A DNA stretch of 63,158 nt, counting the filler, from Blastocystis sp. subtype 4 (taxonomy: Eukaryota): the NCBI RefSeq assembly GCF_000743755.1. It is 37 parts of 37 records of this genome, joined end to end, with 100 filler letters (N's around TTAATTAATTAA, not from the genome) between each part and the next. Parts side by side here need not be neighbours in the genome. Positions count along the whole stretch, not along the records: positions 12,322 to 14,055 come from NW_014568765.1; positions 14,156 to 15,776 come from NW_014568764.1; positions 15,877 to 17,491 come from NW_014568763.1; positions 17,592 to 19,201 come from NW_014568762.1; positions 19,302 to 20,927 come from NW_014568761.1; positions 21,028 to 22,645 come from NW_014568760.1; positions 22,746 to 24,333 come from NW_014568759.1; positions 24,434 to 26,070 come from NW_014568758.1; 29 more parts are not named here. One strand, given 5' to 3'. A model generated the notes under the pieces. That model saw only the letters and a list, made by a program, of their open reading frames with translations. It did not search any database and was not told where the DNA came from. The position numbers were made by a program, and so were the translations under genes. Shown here in pieces: positions 13,372 to 25,122 of the stretch; the stretch's first letter is position 1; every line of letters starts with the position of its first letter.

Positions 13372-13932
13372 CTACACAACTTCATCTGTCTTTTTTGGAG
13401 AAAGAGATGAAGTGTTGTTTTTCAAATCATATTGTTGAAGACCATAGATAATACCAGCAAAAGGAATGAGAACGAATTCTAAACATATCATCATAGCATT
13501 TCTGTAATTGGATGGATCCAATGTAATAGAGACTGTAGGTTGCATCACAAACAACAGGGCAGTAATACTGAAGGTAAGACCACAGATTGGCTTGTCGCTT
13601 GTAACAAACTGAAGAATAGCAGTAGAGAAGATGACAACTCCTCCTAGAATAATGGCCATTAGGTAGTTATTGCTTATGACATCACTGACACTTGAAGAAC
13701 AAACCCTCCTCATTTGGTATCCACCCACTCCAACACTCCATCCCTCATAGTACTTGCATTCTTCAGTGTTCTCTTTGTCAATGTGAGACCAATTCCCCAT
13801 AAATAATAATCCAATGGAAATTGTAGCCACTCCTAGTCCCATCTCCACCACGATAAGGAAGATAACACACACCTTTAGCCAACAGTTTCGGCCTCGATTT
13901 GAACTAATGTGAAGTTTCGGTTTCGCACTCAT
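13372..13932 (-). CDS. Hypothetical ~4-TM membrane protein (186 aa)
   Basis: Complete ATG-TAG ORF with four hydrophobic segments. Confidence 0.6.
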   Translation of the reverse strand: MSAKPKLHISSNRGRNCWLKVCVIFLIVVEMGLGVATISIGLLFMGNWSHIDKENTEECKYYEGWSVGVGGYQMRRVCSSSVSDVISNNYLMAIILGGVVIFSTAILQFVTSDKPICGLTFSITALLFVMQPTVSITLDPSNYRNAMMICLEFVLIPFAGIIYGLQQYDLKNNTSSLSPKKTDEVV

Positions 13933-14155
13933 AACAACAAAAGATAGGAAAAAGATTAAATGGATGAGAATTAATGAAATGATAACAAATTGATGTGATT
14001 GGGACTGAGTGAGAAAGTGATTGACATGAATTGTGAGATATGAATAGAATTGATANNNNNNNNNNNNNNNNNNNNNNNNNNNNNNNNNNNNNNNNNNNNT
14101 TAATTAATTAANNNNNNNNNNNNNNNNNNNNNNNNNNNNNNNNNNNNNNNNNNNN

Positions 14156-15776
14156 GTCTAACAGAATTGAATGAATTGTCTCCACATTCAAATGATTTGA
14201 GTTGAGAGAATGAAGACAAATCCATTGTTACTAATCCCATTTCTAATTGAGAATTAGAAGTGAAGATCATCTTATCAATTGATGTTGATAATGTTGTGAA
14301 ATAGACATACGATGGAACAATCACAGTACGACTTGTTTTCGATCTAATAAACGAATTCAAGCTAGTAGCATCTAAGAATGATACAAACAAAAAGAGGATA
14401 CTGATTGAACTGAATATACGAACATTATAGAACGAATTAGAAAGCGAGATACCACTGGACGGAAGAACAGGGATATCTAATTCATTATCATGAAATCATT
14501 ACAATACTCAACAAATCGACCCACCCAACATAATAGAAGTTATAAGAACCAGATGAAGAGAAGGAAGTGAGAGAAGGAAGATCTCATTGTCAATTCATAA
14601 TCATTCATTAGTACTCTTCATTGTCAAAGTATTCATATATCCATAATAGCTTTCACTGCGATCATCATTTGAATCTCCATAGAGTGCACGGGAACGAAGT
14701 AGAATTGATTTCAGTTTAGGAAGATCTAGAATAGAATCGATATCAATATCAAATCATACTAGATAGTACAATATCATGAATAGAATAGAATGAATTAGAT
14801 CCAAATTCAATTGATTCAAGAGAAGGAAGATCATTCAATTCAATTGATTCAACAAAGTAGAAGTTCATTGAATCTGAAGAAGAACCAATCATAATCGATT
14901 TCAAATTAGGAAGATGATTCAATTCAAATATGTGATAATCTGAGAATGAATATCGATCAATTGATAATTCTCGTAATGATAAACAATTCTTCAAATGGAA
15001 TTCTCGATTCAATCGTTCTGAATATGAATTCTCACTCAATGTGAATGAATTCATTCCTATTGATATCGATTCTAATTCATTCAATCCATTGATTATGAAT
15101 TGTCTAACAGAATTGAATGAATTGTCTCCACATTCAAATGATTTGAGTTGAGAGAATGAAGATAAATCCAAAGTGTATTCATTTAATTCTAATTGAGTAT
15201 TGTCAGTGAAGTTGAGATGATTGATTGATATAGAGATAGAATCAATATCGATATAAGAAGAAACGATTCTAGCATATGATGATTTAGATTGAATGAAATG
15301 AGTGATATGATCAGAATCTAAAGAATGAATGAATGATATCATGAATACTAATGGAGTGAATCAAATATGCATATTGGAAGTGATTAGGTCGAGAAGCTGA
15401 GATTCCTTCTGGATATAGACGAGGAATATCTAATGAATGAAATCATGAATGAATACTAATCAAATCAATTGATCCAATATTCTCGAAGTTTGATGAACCA
15501 GATGAAGAGAAGGAAGTGAGAGAAGGAAGATCTCATTGTCAATTCATAATCATTCATTAGTACTCTTCATTGTCAAAGTATTCATGAAATCATAAGGAAT
15601 ATCAATCCTGCCATTTGAATCACCTCGAAGTGCTTCATTATGAAGTAGAATTGATTTCAATTGAGTCAAATCTAATGAGAATCGATATCAATATCAAATC
15701 ATACTAGATAGTACAATATCATGAATAGAATTGAATGAATTAGATCCAAATTCAATTGATTCAAGAGAAGGAAGAT
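14156..15776 (-). CDS. LRR protein, internal fragment, spliced
   Basis: LDLSSFSQLKSFECGDNSFNSVR and DLPSLESIEFGSNSF repeats; internal large-unit duplication. Confidence 0.8.
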
Positions 15777-15876
15777 NNNNNNNNNNNNNNNNNNNNNNNN
15801 NNNNNNNNNNNNNNNNNNNNTTAATTAATTAANNNNNNNNNNNNNNNNNNNNNNNNNNNNNNNNNNNNNNNNNNNN

Positions 15877-16516
15877 AATCATATTCACAATTCTCATTGT
15901 CTCAAGTATGTAATAGGTCTAAAACAGAAGTGAAACTAGATAATCCATTATCATTTAAGAAGTGTTTCATCTCTTATTCACTGTTCAGTTCATCTCATCC
16001 ACTCTCATCTATCCTCAATCATCCTATTCTCTTTCAACTACTGTCTATTTCTCTACTGTTCCTATCATCTCAGGAGATCTTCTTCAATTCAATGTATCTT
16101 CAGGAACTCTTCTTGATAGATTGGTATTGGATGCAACAACAGGAAAGATCTCTGGTATTCCATCAACTCCTTCTCATTTCATCGATGTCATTGTTCAGGC
16201 TTCAAATCAAGTCGGATCTATTCAAACTCAACTCTTCTTTATGGTCAAGAGTATCTCAACTCTCACTATCATTCTCATCTCTCTTACTGTTCTTCTCATA
16301 GTTATCAATCTCATTCTCATTCTCATTGTGATTCTATCAAAGAAGAAGAAGAAACCCACTCTTCCTATCAAGTCATTACATGAAGTCAAATCCATTAAGA
16401 ATCATGTTGTCAATCCTTCTTCAACTCCTCAATCTAATTCATCTCATGCTCCTCTATCCAACATTGCTGTATTCGATCCAATTACTTCTAACATCGCTTC
16501 TCTCTCTTCAAAATAA
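15877..16516 (+). CDS. He_PIG + TM surface protein C-terminus
   Basis: LVLDATTGKISGIP, TM, KKKKKPTLP tail. Confidence 0.7.
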
Positions 16517-17051
16517 CACTCTCTTGAGTCTTCTTCTGTATCAGTATGAATTCATTCTTCTAATAGGAATCATTCAGTCATTTTAACTCTTTGTTCACAT
16601 TCATATCTTCATTCTTATTCATCACAATTCATTCCATTATCAATCATCTCAGTACATTCTATCACACATATTCTCATTCAATAATATTCATCTCTCTTAT
16701 CATCATACAATCACTTCTATCAATCCTATCATCTCAATCATTCCATGTCACAACATATTCTATCATTCTTCAATACAACACATGAACACAAGATGGATTG
16801 AATAGAGTGATACAAATCTCATTCAATCCATTGTTCTAACTCCTAATCAATCATTGATGATTGTAAAGTACTAATATCAAGAATCTCTATTGGCATCAAC
16901 ACACTATCTACGAATGGAATCAGATTGGAATGTATGATAGTGAATAAAGAGATTGAGTTAATCATCATTCAACTACTCTTTGTTTTGTTCTCTCAATTCA
17001 ACATTCATTTCAATCAACTAGATCCTTATCTCAACTTCAACAATTCCATTC

Positions 17052-17491
17052 TTATACAATCCTATCTTTCTTTGATAGAACCCAACTCTTCTGTTGAATG
17101 AATTGATCAAGACAATCAGCATCTCATTCATTATTAACCAATCAATCATGCTTGAACTCTCCAACTCTTTCACTTCAATGAAGGGACTGTATTTCATCTC
17201 AATTCCATTCTGAGTCAGTTTACAAATATCTACCTCAAATACAATCATCAATTATCACTCTCTAATCTCACTTTACCAATGAAGTAGAAACTAGCCCAAT
17301 ATCCTTTCAATACAGAGAGAGAAGGAAGATCTCATCAATCAATCTCATTTCATCACAATACTCCTCATTATCAATGAATTCTTATTAACTGTACCCATAT
17401 CACCAGCTAGAGCCCATTCTCCAAGAATAATCGATTCTAATTGAGGAAGATCTTATTCATCATTCATACAATCACTCATACTCTCAAATAC
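17052..17491 (-). CDS. LRR protein 3' end (paralogue of 1-856)
   Basis: Same last exons and intron positions as contig 1; spliced stop TAA 17054-17052. Confidence 0.7.
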
Positions 17492-17591
17492 NNNNNNNNN
17501 NNNNNNNNNNNNNNNNNNNNNNNNNNNNNNNNNNNTTAATTAATTAANNNNNNNNNNNNNNNNNNNNNNNNNNNNNNNNNNNNNNNNNNNN

Positions 17592-17690
17592 CTGCTTTAG
17601 TGAAATGGTTAGAAGATTTCCTTCGAAGTCTTGATTGAAGTTACTTTTTTATTAGTCTGTTTATGTTGACTTGTTTTTTATTACATCAAA
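17592..17690 (+). repeat. 99-nt terminal inverted repeat of this contig (partner 19103-19201)
   Basis: Exact reverse complement; identity stops after exactly 99 nt. Confidence 0.95.
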
Positions 17691-17893
17691 TCTTCTCCTG
17701 AATATGTATCTGATTCATTTTCGCACTTAGATTATATCAGAAGAAGATATGGTAGGATAACATATAACCAATCAGACCATAGTTAGAATAGAGTCAATTC
17801 CCCGCGGAATATGACCTGTTTTCATTGATTGAATATCGTCAATTCCGTGAATTAGACATTCACAACCATTTTTATGCAAGGGTTAAGTGAAAT

Positions 17894-19015
17894 ATGTCAA
17901 AATCCACGGTGCGCCAAAAAGGCGCTCTTTTGGTTTGGTCTTGGTTGTTTAATCATCTGTAGTTGTGATCGATGTCTTAAGAGAACTTACTGCAGCGAAG
18001 AGTGTCAAATCGCTGATTGGAAGAATCATAAGTAAGGATTCATGATAATGACAATCAATAGGCAACAGTGTATTGTGAATGAAAAGAAAGATGAAATAGT
18101 AAAGAACTTCGATGAACTCAAATCGAAATATGGAAGTGTTTTTGAGGGGAGCAAAGTTCAAAAGCGAAAAGAATCCGGTTCCTCTCCTAAACCCTATTCT
18201 CAACCCAAAAAACAAAAGAAGTCAAAAAAGAAGGTTGAGATTGCCTACAATGGTAGTCTTTTGCCATACTCTCTGGAATCTGTCAATAACCTATTTATTG
18301 ATTTCCTTGAACAACTTTCATTGTATCTTCTTGGTAAGAGTCTTATGTAGGACTTCTGAACTCAAATTACTGGCTGATGAAACGGAAGATATTCTCTATC
18401 ATACATCATCTGTTTCAGAAACACTAGATACATTGCTCTCCTTTAAGAAGAGGCTTTCTGAAATCAATGGTTATTCAGATATAGAAGAAGAGGATGTAGA
18501 GGATACTCCTGCTGCGGTAGGCAAACGTCAAGAGCTTGATCATAGATATTAAAGGAATTAGTTCACCTCTGTGATCATTTCCATTTCGATGAGCTGAAAA
18601 CCAAAATGGAGAAGTTCTCATTGTACTCTACAGCAAATGATTATCGCAGTAACACAGATGATAGAAAGTTCTGTACTCATTGTGGTGATCGAGAGGTAGT
18701 TCGAATGATGGAATATAAGAATAGAATCTGAAGGATCATCCCTTATTTCGGTATGTTTACCTGTGTAATGAATGCTTGAAAGAGTACAATGAGAATCCAT
18801 GGTGTCAGGATGAAGAACATGATATGGATTGTTGTTGCTGTGGAGATGGAGGAAATGTGGTTCTTTGTGATTTCTGTTCTCATTCGATTTGCAGCAATTG
18901 TATTATGCTTCATCAAGGTGAAGAAGAGTGGGAACGAGTACAACATGATGATAAGTGGATGTGTATGGCTTGTAAGAAGGACTCTGAAGGTCATTTCATT
19001 TTTCAACGAGCATGA
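17894..19015 (+). CDS. ADD (ATRX/DNMT3-type) zinc-finger protein, multi-intron
   Basis: CTHC..HPLF..LCNEC..CCCCGDGGNVVLCDFC..ICSNCI..WMCMAC matches ADD GATA+PHD cysteine spacing; ATG 17894, TGA 19013-19015. Confidence 0.8.
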
Positions 19016-19301
19016 ATTGTTTGATGCATACATAAGATATGGATAAATCCATAATCGAAGTATCCCACTTGAATAATATGATACTCTCATAAGAAGCAGT
19101 GTTTTGATGTAATAAAAAACAAGTCAACATAAACAGACTAATAAAAAAGTAACTTCAATCAAGACTTCGAAGGAAATCTTCTAACCATTTCACTAAAGCA
19201 GNNNNNNNNNNNNNNNNNNNNNNNNNNNNNNNNNNNNNNNNNNNNTTAATTAATTAANNNNNNNNNNNNNNNNNNNNNNNNNNNNNNNNNNNNNNNNNNN
19301 N

Positions 19302-20570
19302 AGTTTCGAGATTCATCGTCCTTTGAGTGGTTCTTCTTCTGATGCTGTTGTGTTTGATGCTACTGGAGTATTTGGAGTTGAAGACTGTTCTACTGTTGTT
19401 GATTCTTATTCTTCTCTCACTTCTACTACTCCTACTTCAGGTACTATTGCTGATATCATGGATCTTGATCCTTATACTACTGGTTACCTTTCCAATTCGG
19501 TTGGATCCTTCATTGAATGGACTGTTGAGAATCTGGAAGGAAGTAAATGGAACTCATTCAACATGGTTGGAGGAACTACTGTTTCTTCTTGGGGATTTGA
19601 TATCATCGCCAATTTCAATCCTGATGACACTAGCAGTGAACAGGTGACTATTCTGAGTGCCATAGATCAATCAGTGATTGAGAAAACAAAGCCTCAGATT
19701 CCTGTTCCTGTGGCTTTGGCTGGATTCCGTAGATATCGATGGGAGGTTACTGATACTGCCTCAAGTACAACCTCTCTGGGTTCTGTTCACATGGCCTATT
19801 GTAAGGCTTCAGGTGATGTGTGTCCTGCGATTGGCAACTATCCTTCAGTGGCTGAAGGTCAAATCTCTCCTTCTTCTTGTCCTGAGGGTTACAGAGGTTA
19901 TTCATATCGTGAGTGTTCTGGAGGTGTGGGTGAAGTTAACACAGATCATTGCTCCAAGAGACGTCCAGCTAGTGCTCGTTACACACAATCACGTTACACT
20001 TTTGTCATGAATACACAAGTGACCACTACTGTTCCTTCAGTGAGAAACATTGTTGATCGTTGGTACATTGATACTGGAGTGGTTCTTCCTAATGGATTAA
20101 GTCTGAATGCCCAGACAGGAGAGATTTCTGGAACTCCTACATCAGAACAGAGTTTGACAACATACACAGTATATGCTGAGAATGAATCAGGAGCAACTCA
20201 AGCAACAGTATCAATTGAGGTACGAAAGGGACAATGTATGGCTGAAGGAGTATTCCCTGTAACATATGTTGGTGAAACAGCAGTGTATGAGTGTTCGAGT
20301 CAGGGAAGCTATGTGGGAACTCAGAAGCGTGCTTGTATTCTTGGAAGTGAGAATGGAGAGTGGCAAAATGCATCTGGATTCTGTGTGTCTGTTCCACTGC
20401 TTGTTGTGGTTGTGTTAATAGTAATCATCATAATTGCAGTTGTTGTGCTTATCCTGCTTAGAACAAGCAAGAAGGCAAAGGCAAAAGGAGGAGTGAAGGG
20501 AAAGAAGACTGTTAAAACATCCAAAACTGCTGGCAAGCCTACTGCCTCTACGAAGAAAGTGAAGGTCTAA
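19302..20570 (+). CDS. Type I membrane surface protein (Cys-rich, He_PIG, TM, Lys-rich tail), 5'-partial
   Basis: 415-aa open frame, paralogue of 3515-4768. Confidence 0.85.
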   Translation, partial: SFEIHRPLSGSSSDAVVFDATGVFGVEDCSTVVDSYSSLTSTTPTSGTIADIMDLDPYTTGYLSNSVGSFIEWTVENLEGSKWNSFNMVGGTTVSSWGFDIIANFNPDDTSSEQVTILSAIDQSVIEKTKPQIPVPVALAGFRRYRWEVTDTASSTTSLGSVHMAYCKASGDVCPAIGNYPSVAEGQISPSSCPEGYRGYSYRECSGGVGEVNTDHCSKRRPASARYTQSRYTFVMNTQVTTTVPSVRNIVDRWYIDTGVVLPNGLSLNAQTGEISGTPTSEQSLTTYTVYAENESGATQATVSIEVRKGQCMAEGVFPVTYVGETAVYECSSQGSYVGTQKRACILGSENGEWQNASGFCVSVPLLVVVVLIVIIIIAVVVLILLRTSKKAKAKGGVKGKKTVKTSKTAGKPTASTKKVKV

Positions 20571-20618
20571 ATTGCCAATTGGAATGGTTTGTTTGAATTA
20601 ACAGTGTTTAGGTTTCAC

Positions 20619-20927
20619 ATGTACAAAGATATCATTCAACTCAATCTCATCAATACCACAAACATCACCATTCCTATTAACAATCCACATACTACAATCA
20701 ATTTCAATAATGATATTCAACTCCCTAACCCTAACAGTTATATCACTCGATTATCTCTTCTTGCAGATGCCAAAATACACAATATCACATCCACTCAGAT
20801 TGTTGTTATTGATGGTACTCAAATCATATTCAATCCAGGGACATGGGATATCAATCAATTGATGGATAAACTCAATACTGGAAATGCGATATTCAATCTA
20901 GTGATATCAGGGAAAGATACTTACAAA
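20619..20927 (+). CDS. Candidate minor capsid (penton, single jelly-roll) protein of a Polinton-like virus, 3'-partial
   Basis: Intronless beta-rich ORF: IQLN..FNNDIQLP..LSL..HNIT..IIFNPGTWDINQLMDKLN, resembling the penton pattern I-x-I-P-x-G-x-Y-x-I-xx-L-xxx-LN; recognised by eye only. Confidence 0.5.
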
Positions 20928-21027
20928 NNNNNNNNNNNNNNNNNNNNNNNNNNNNNNNNNNNNNNNNNNNNTTAATTAATTAANNNNNNNNNNNNNNNNN
21001 NNNNNNNNNNNNNNNNNNNNNNNNNNN

Positions 21028-22645
21028 TGTTGACCCATATTCTTTCCAGCACTCATTACTTCATCCACCAGGAGTAACTGACTGGCGATGACTGTACTTA
21101 GTTGAATGAATTGTCTCTTAACACGATAATTATCCCACACTCCTTCAATAGAAGGCAACATTGCCTTGCCAGTCAGAATATCAATTCCACCCTTCATATT
21201 CTCCTTCTGAATTTCATGTTGCACGTCAAGAATTGTGTCCTATTCCTCAAATACCTCCTTCATTCCAACCATCACATCAAATCCACTATTCTCTGCTAGC
21301 GTCTTTGGAATCACAAGAAGAGCATCAGCAAATGCACGTACACCCAATTTCGCTTTTCCTTCCACTGTCTCTGCAAACTGCATCAGATGTGAATAGGTAG
21401 CCAGTTCAAATGCTCCTGCACCAGGAACCAGCTTTCGATCCTCCAGGGCATTCTTCACAGCCCGTATTCCATCGCGTGCTGCATCCTTCAGTTGGGATAC
21501 AACCTGCTGATTGGGTCCCTTCAACAACAGTGTGCATGAGAAGGGGTTTTGAACATCTTCAACAAAACAATACTTATCCTCACCCAATGTCTGCTCATAC
21601 ACACTTCCTGCATACCCCAACACTTCAGGTGTTAGATCCTCGACACTGTTCACAGGGATACCGCCACATGCCAGAGAGAGACGTTCCATGTTCCGACGCT
21701 TCGCACGACGCAATGCCATGATCCCTGTGTGAGAAACCAATCTCATCCCTACCTGCCTTCGCAAGCATATCCAGAGAGAGAGGATCAATACCCTTCTGAT
21801 TGATCACCACGAAATTCTTGCCGTTTTCAGGAGAACACATGAAGTTCTTGAAATCGATAATTGAACGTACCTTGTCATCTGTGAATTTGCGTTCTGCTGC
21901 AACCAACTCATCTCGCTCCTGTGCTGTGCTGTACACAAAAGTCGAGTTGGCTTCACTGAATATCACTCTCATGACTCTCACTCACCTCTTTTCATACTCT
22001 AACGACACGTTCAGAATCAATATGTAACAGTTCTTCAGAGACTTTGGCATATCAGGATGACGGGTTCCATGATCCATGACCTACTCATTAGAGACACCAC
22101 TCATCACAACCAGACCGCGAACCAACTTGCTGTCCATCGCATCCTTTGTAATCATCTCCATTTGTTCGATCATCAGAATATCTAGAGGTTTGCCTGGACG
22201 TTTCACTGTCAAAACAGCATCTGTAACCATGGAAGTGAGGTGATCAGCAAGCTACGTATGAGTTGTGTAATAGAAACACACATCTTCGGGAAGTTTGGTA
22301 CGAAGAGAGGTTCGAGCAACATTGTATAGCAATTCGCGATCATTCTCGATATCCTCTTCAGGTTCCTACAAATCACTTGGAATAAACACTCCTACAGCAA
22401 AATCGTCAAGGAACTTTAATGTTTCATTCTTTGCAATTTCAAATCCATCTGTAAGTAGTCTAGGATGCACTCCCTATGGATTACAAAGCAATCTAACACA
22501 AACCTCAGCTACATAACGAGAAGCCATCTTCATCAATTCACCAATGAATAGGACTGTTGATGTTGTTCCGTCTCCCTATAGAATCATCGAATATAACTGC
22601 GAATCCAACAGTAATGTCATCCTGAGCCGTTGCTGTTCTGGCAAT
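21028..22645 (-). CDS. CCT6: Chaperonin CCT zeta subunit, near-complete
   Basis: [63 protein letters not shown]. Confidence 0.97.
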
Positions 22646-22804
22646 NNNNNNNNNNNNNNNNNNNNNNNNNNNNNNNNNNNNNNNNNNNNTTAATTAATTA
22701 ANNNNNNNNNNNNNNNNNNNNNNNNNNNNNNNNNNNNNNNNNNNNTTTACAGAACAATACACTGGAAGTCAACTAACAAACACTCAATGACAATAACGAA
22801 TCCT

Positions 22805-24115
22805 TTAAATCAAATCGGTGATATTCATGGGCATTTCATCGATCTGCGTGCTGTAATACTGTTCAATGTCTCTCAGAATACTAATATCCTCATTGGTAAC
22901 AAAGTTAATAGCTACACCCTTACGTCCAAAACGTCCCGAACGACCAATTCTAGATCTCATTTTACTCCATCAACTCTACCTATGAATGTACAATTCACGA
23001 CTGTTAGGAAGATCATAATTAATGACCAAGGAGACTTGCTGAACATCCAGACCACGACCCCATACATCTGTAGCAATAAGTACACGACTGTTACCTGCAC
23101 GGAACTCCTCCATAATCTTATCACGCTCGCTCTGAGGCATGTCACCATGCATTGCACTCACCGTGAAGGAAGCCTCACTCAACTTATTTGCCAACCATTC
23201 CACCTTCTTGCGCGTATTGCAAAAGATCACAGCTTGTGTGATAGTCAGGTTGTTATACAAATCACACAAAGTATCGAACTTCCATTCCTCACGCTCCACA
23301 GCAACGAAAAACTGCTTGATACCTTCGAGTGTCAATTCATCACGCTTTACTAGAATCTTCACCGGTTCATTCATGAATTTGTTTGTCATGTCAAGAACCT
23401 CTTTTGGCATTGTAGCAGAAAGAAGTACTACTTGTGTACGAGGAGGAAGATAACGATAGATGTCATACAGTTGCTCTTTGAAACCTTGATTCAACATTTC
23501 ATCACCTTCATCAATTACAAGCATCTTGATATTTCGAGTACGCAAATGACGACGCGCAATCATATCATACACACGACCAGGGGTTCCAGAAACCACTTGT
23601 ACACCATAATCAAGACGACGAATATCTTCTTTCATGCTTTTACCACCAACACATGCATGACATTGTACCTTCATGAAGTCTCCAATGGACAAAAGAACCT
23701 TCTGACTCTGTTCTGCCAACTCACGAGTGGGAGAAAGAATCAGTGCCTGAGTCTCCATAAGTGTAGGGTCAATGCTCTGAAGAACTCCAATGCAGAATAC
23801 TCCAGTCTTTCCAGTACCCGATTGCGACTGTGCAATAACATCTCGACCCTTGACAATAGGAAGAATTGCTCTCTGCTGAATAGCTGAAGGCTTTTCAAAT
23901 CCTAAATACACATTAGAACGAAACAATTCTCACAAACACTTACCATATGCAACAATGCCACGGAGAAGGTCTGGATTTAGTCCCATAGCATCAAATGTAG
24001 GAGTTACCTCAACATCCTTCGAAATCGTATACACTGTATCTGCTGCTTCACCGACAAGGCCTATAACAAATTAGACAACCTATTTTGCGTTATGCCTACC
24101 AGTTTTTCCTAACAT
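22805..24115 (-). CDS. EIF4A3: DEAD-box helicase eIF4A-III (exon junction complex), complete, 3 introns
   Basis: [81 protein letters not shown]. Confidence 0.95.
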
Positions 24116-24433
24116 TGCGTATTTGTCTCCTTTTGGAATCAAATTGAAAGAAACAAAAATCAGGACATTTTGGTGTACTCAAACCAGTTCATTTTTTGGT
24201 ATATCAATTGGGGTATGTAAGATTTGAAGCTCCTATCGATTTCTCTTCAGATTCATAGCCATTCATCAATTTACTTCTACAACAAACAGTCGATTCGAAT
24301 TTAAAGAAACTCTTATAATTGCAGCTTACTTGGNNNNNNNNNNNNNNNNNNNNNNNNNNNNNNNNNNNNNNNNNNNNTTAATTAATTAANNNNNNNNNNN
24401 NNNNNNNNNNNNNNNNNNNNNNNNNNNNNNNNN

Positions 24434-25041
24434 TCACTTGAATCCATATCTATTGGAAGATATTCATTTGGTGGTTGTCATTCAGTTCGATTTGAGAGTA
24501 ATGATTGAATGAAGGAGTAATAATCAGATCTGTTTTCACTTGAATCAGTGTCTTTTGCTAGTTATTCATTCAGATATTGTCATTCAGTTCGATTTGAGAG
24601 TAATGATTGAATGAAGGAGTAATAATCAGATCTACCAAGATTTCAATCCATGTATCTGTTAGAAGGAGCATTTCAGGGAGATGGAGGAGATGATCGTAAA
24701 TCGAATAACACAGCTCCTTTCAATTATCGAAACACTCTAAGAATGAAGAGTGATGAATAGAAGCAAGAATGATGATTAGATTTGAATATTCTTATTTCAA
24801 TGCATATTCCTTCCAATTGTTTCAGGTATATTGGATCTGTTGTTTTGGAGAGTATGAGTAATGAATTGAGTTGAGAGTAGATATTCCAACTCTCACTTCA
24901 GTTGATATCACTAGCAGTGGTGATTATCAATTTGCTAGTGTTTATGAATTGAATGCAACGAGTCTGATTAACATTTGGAGATAAGATGTAGATGCTGTTG
25001 CTCTTGAATCGTTTATTCGAAGCCGAAGTTCTTATGTCTAG
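24434..25041 (+). CDS. LRR protein 3' end with an extra duplicated exon
   Basis: Paralogue of 12322-13225; identical introns at 24498-24527 and 24600-24629. Confidence 0.8.
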
Positions 25042-25122
25042 TTCGTTCATATAGTCTGTTTGTTCGAAGTCATGAGTTGTAAGCTGATTCTCAGATTCAA
25101 ATGATGTATCAACAAACAAGAG

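Noticed and set aside
17592..19201. Contig as a TIR transposon carrying a PHD gene
   Set aside because: The repeat is exactly 99 nt, ends at contig edges and is WNK coding sequence; no transposase or target-site duplication; better explained as k-mer overlap
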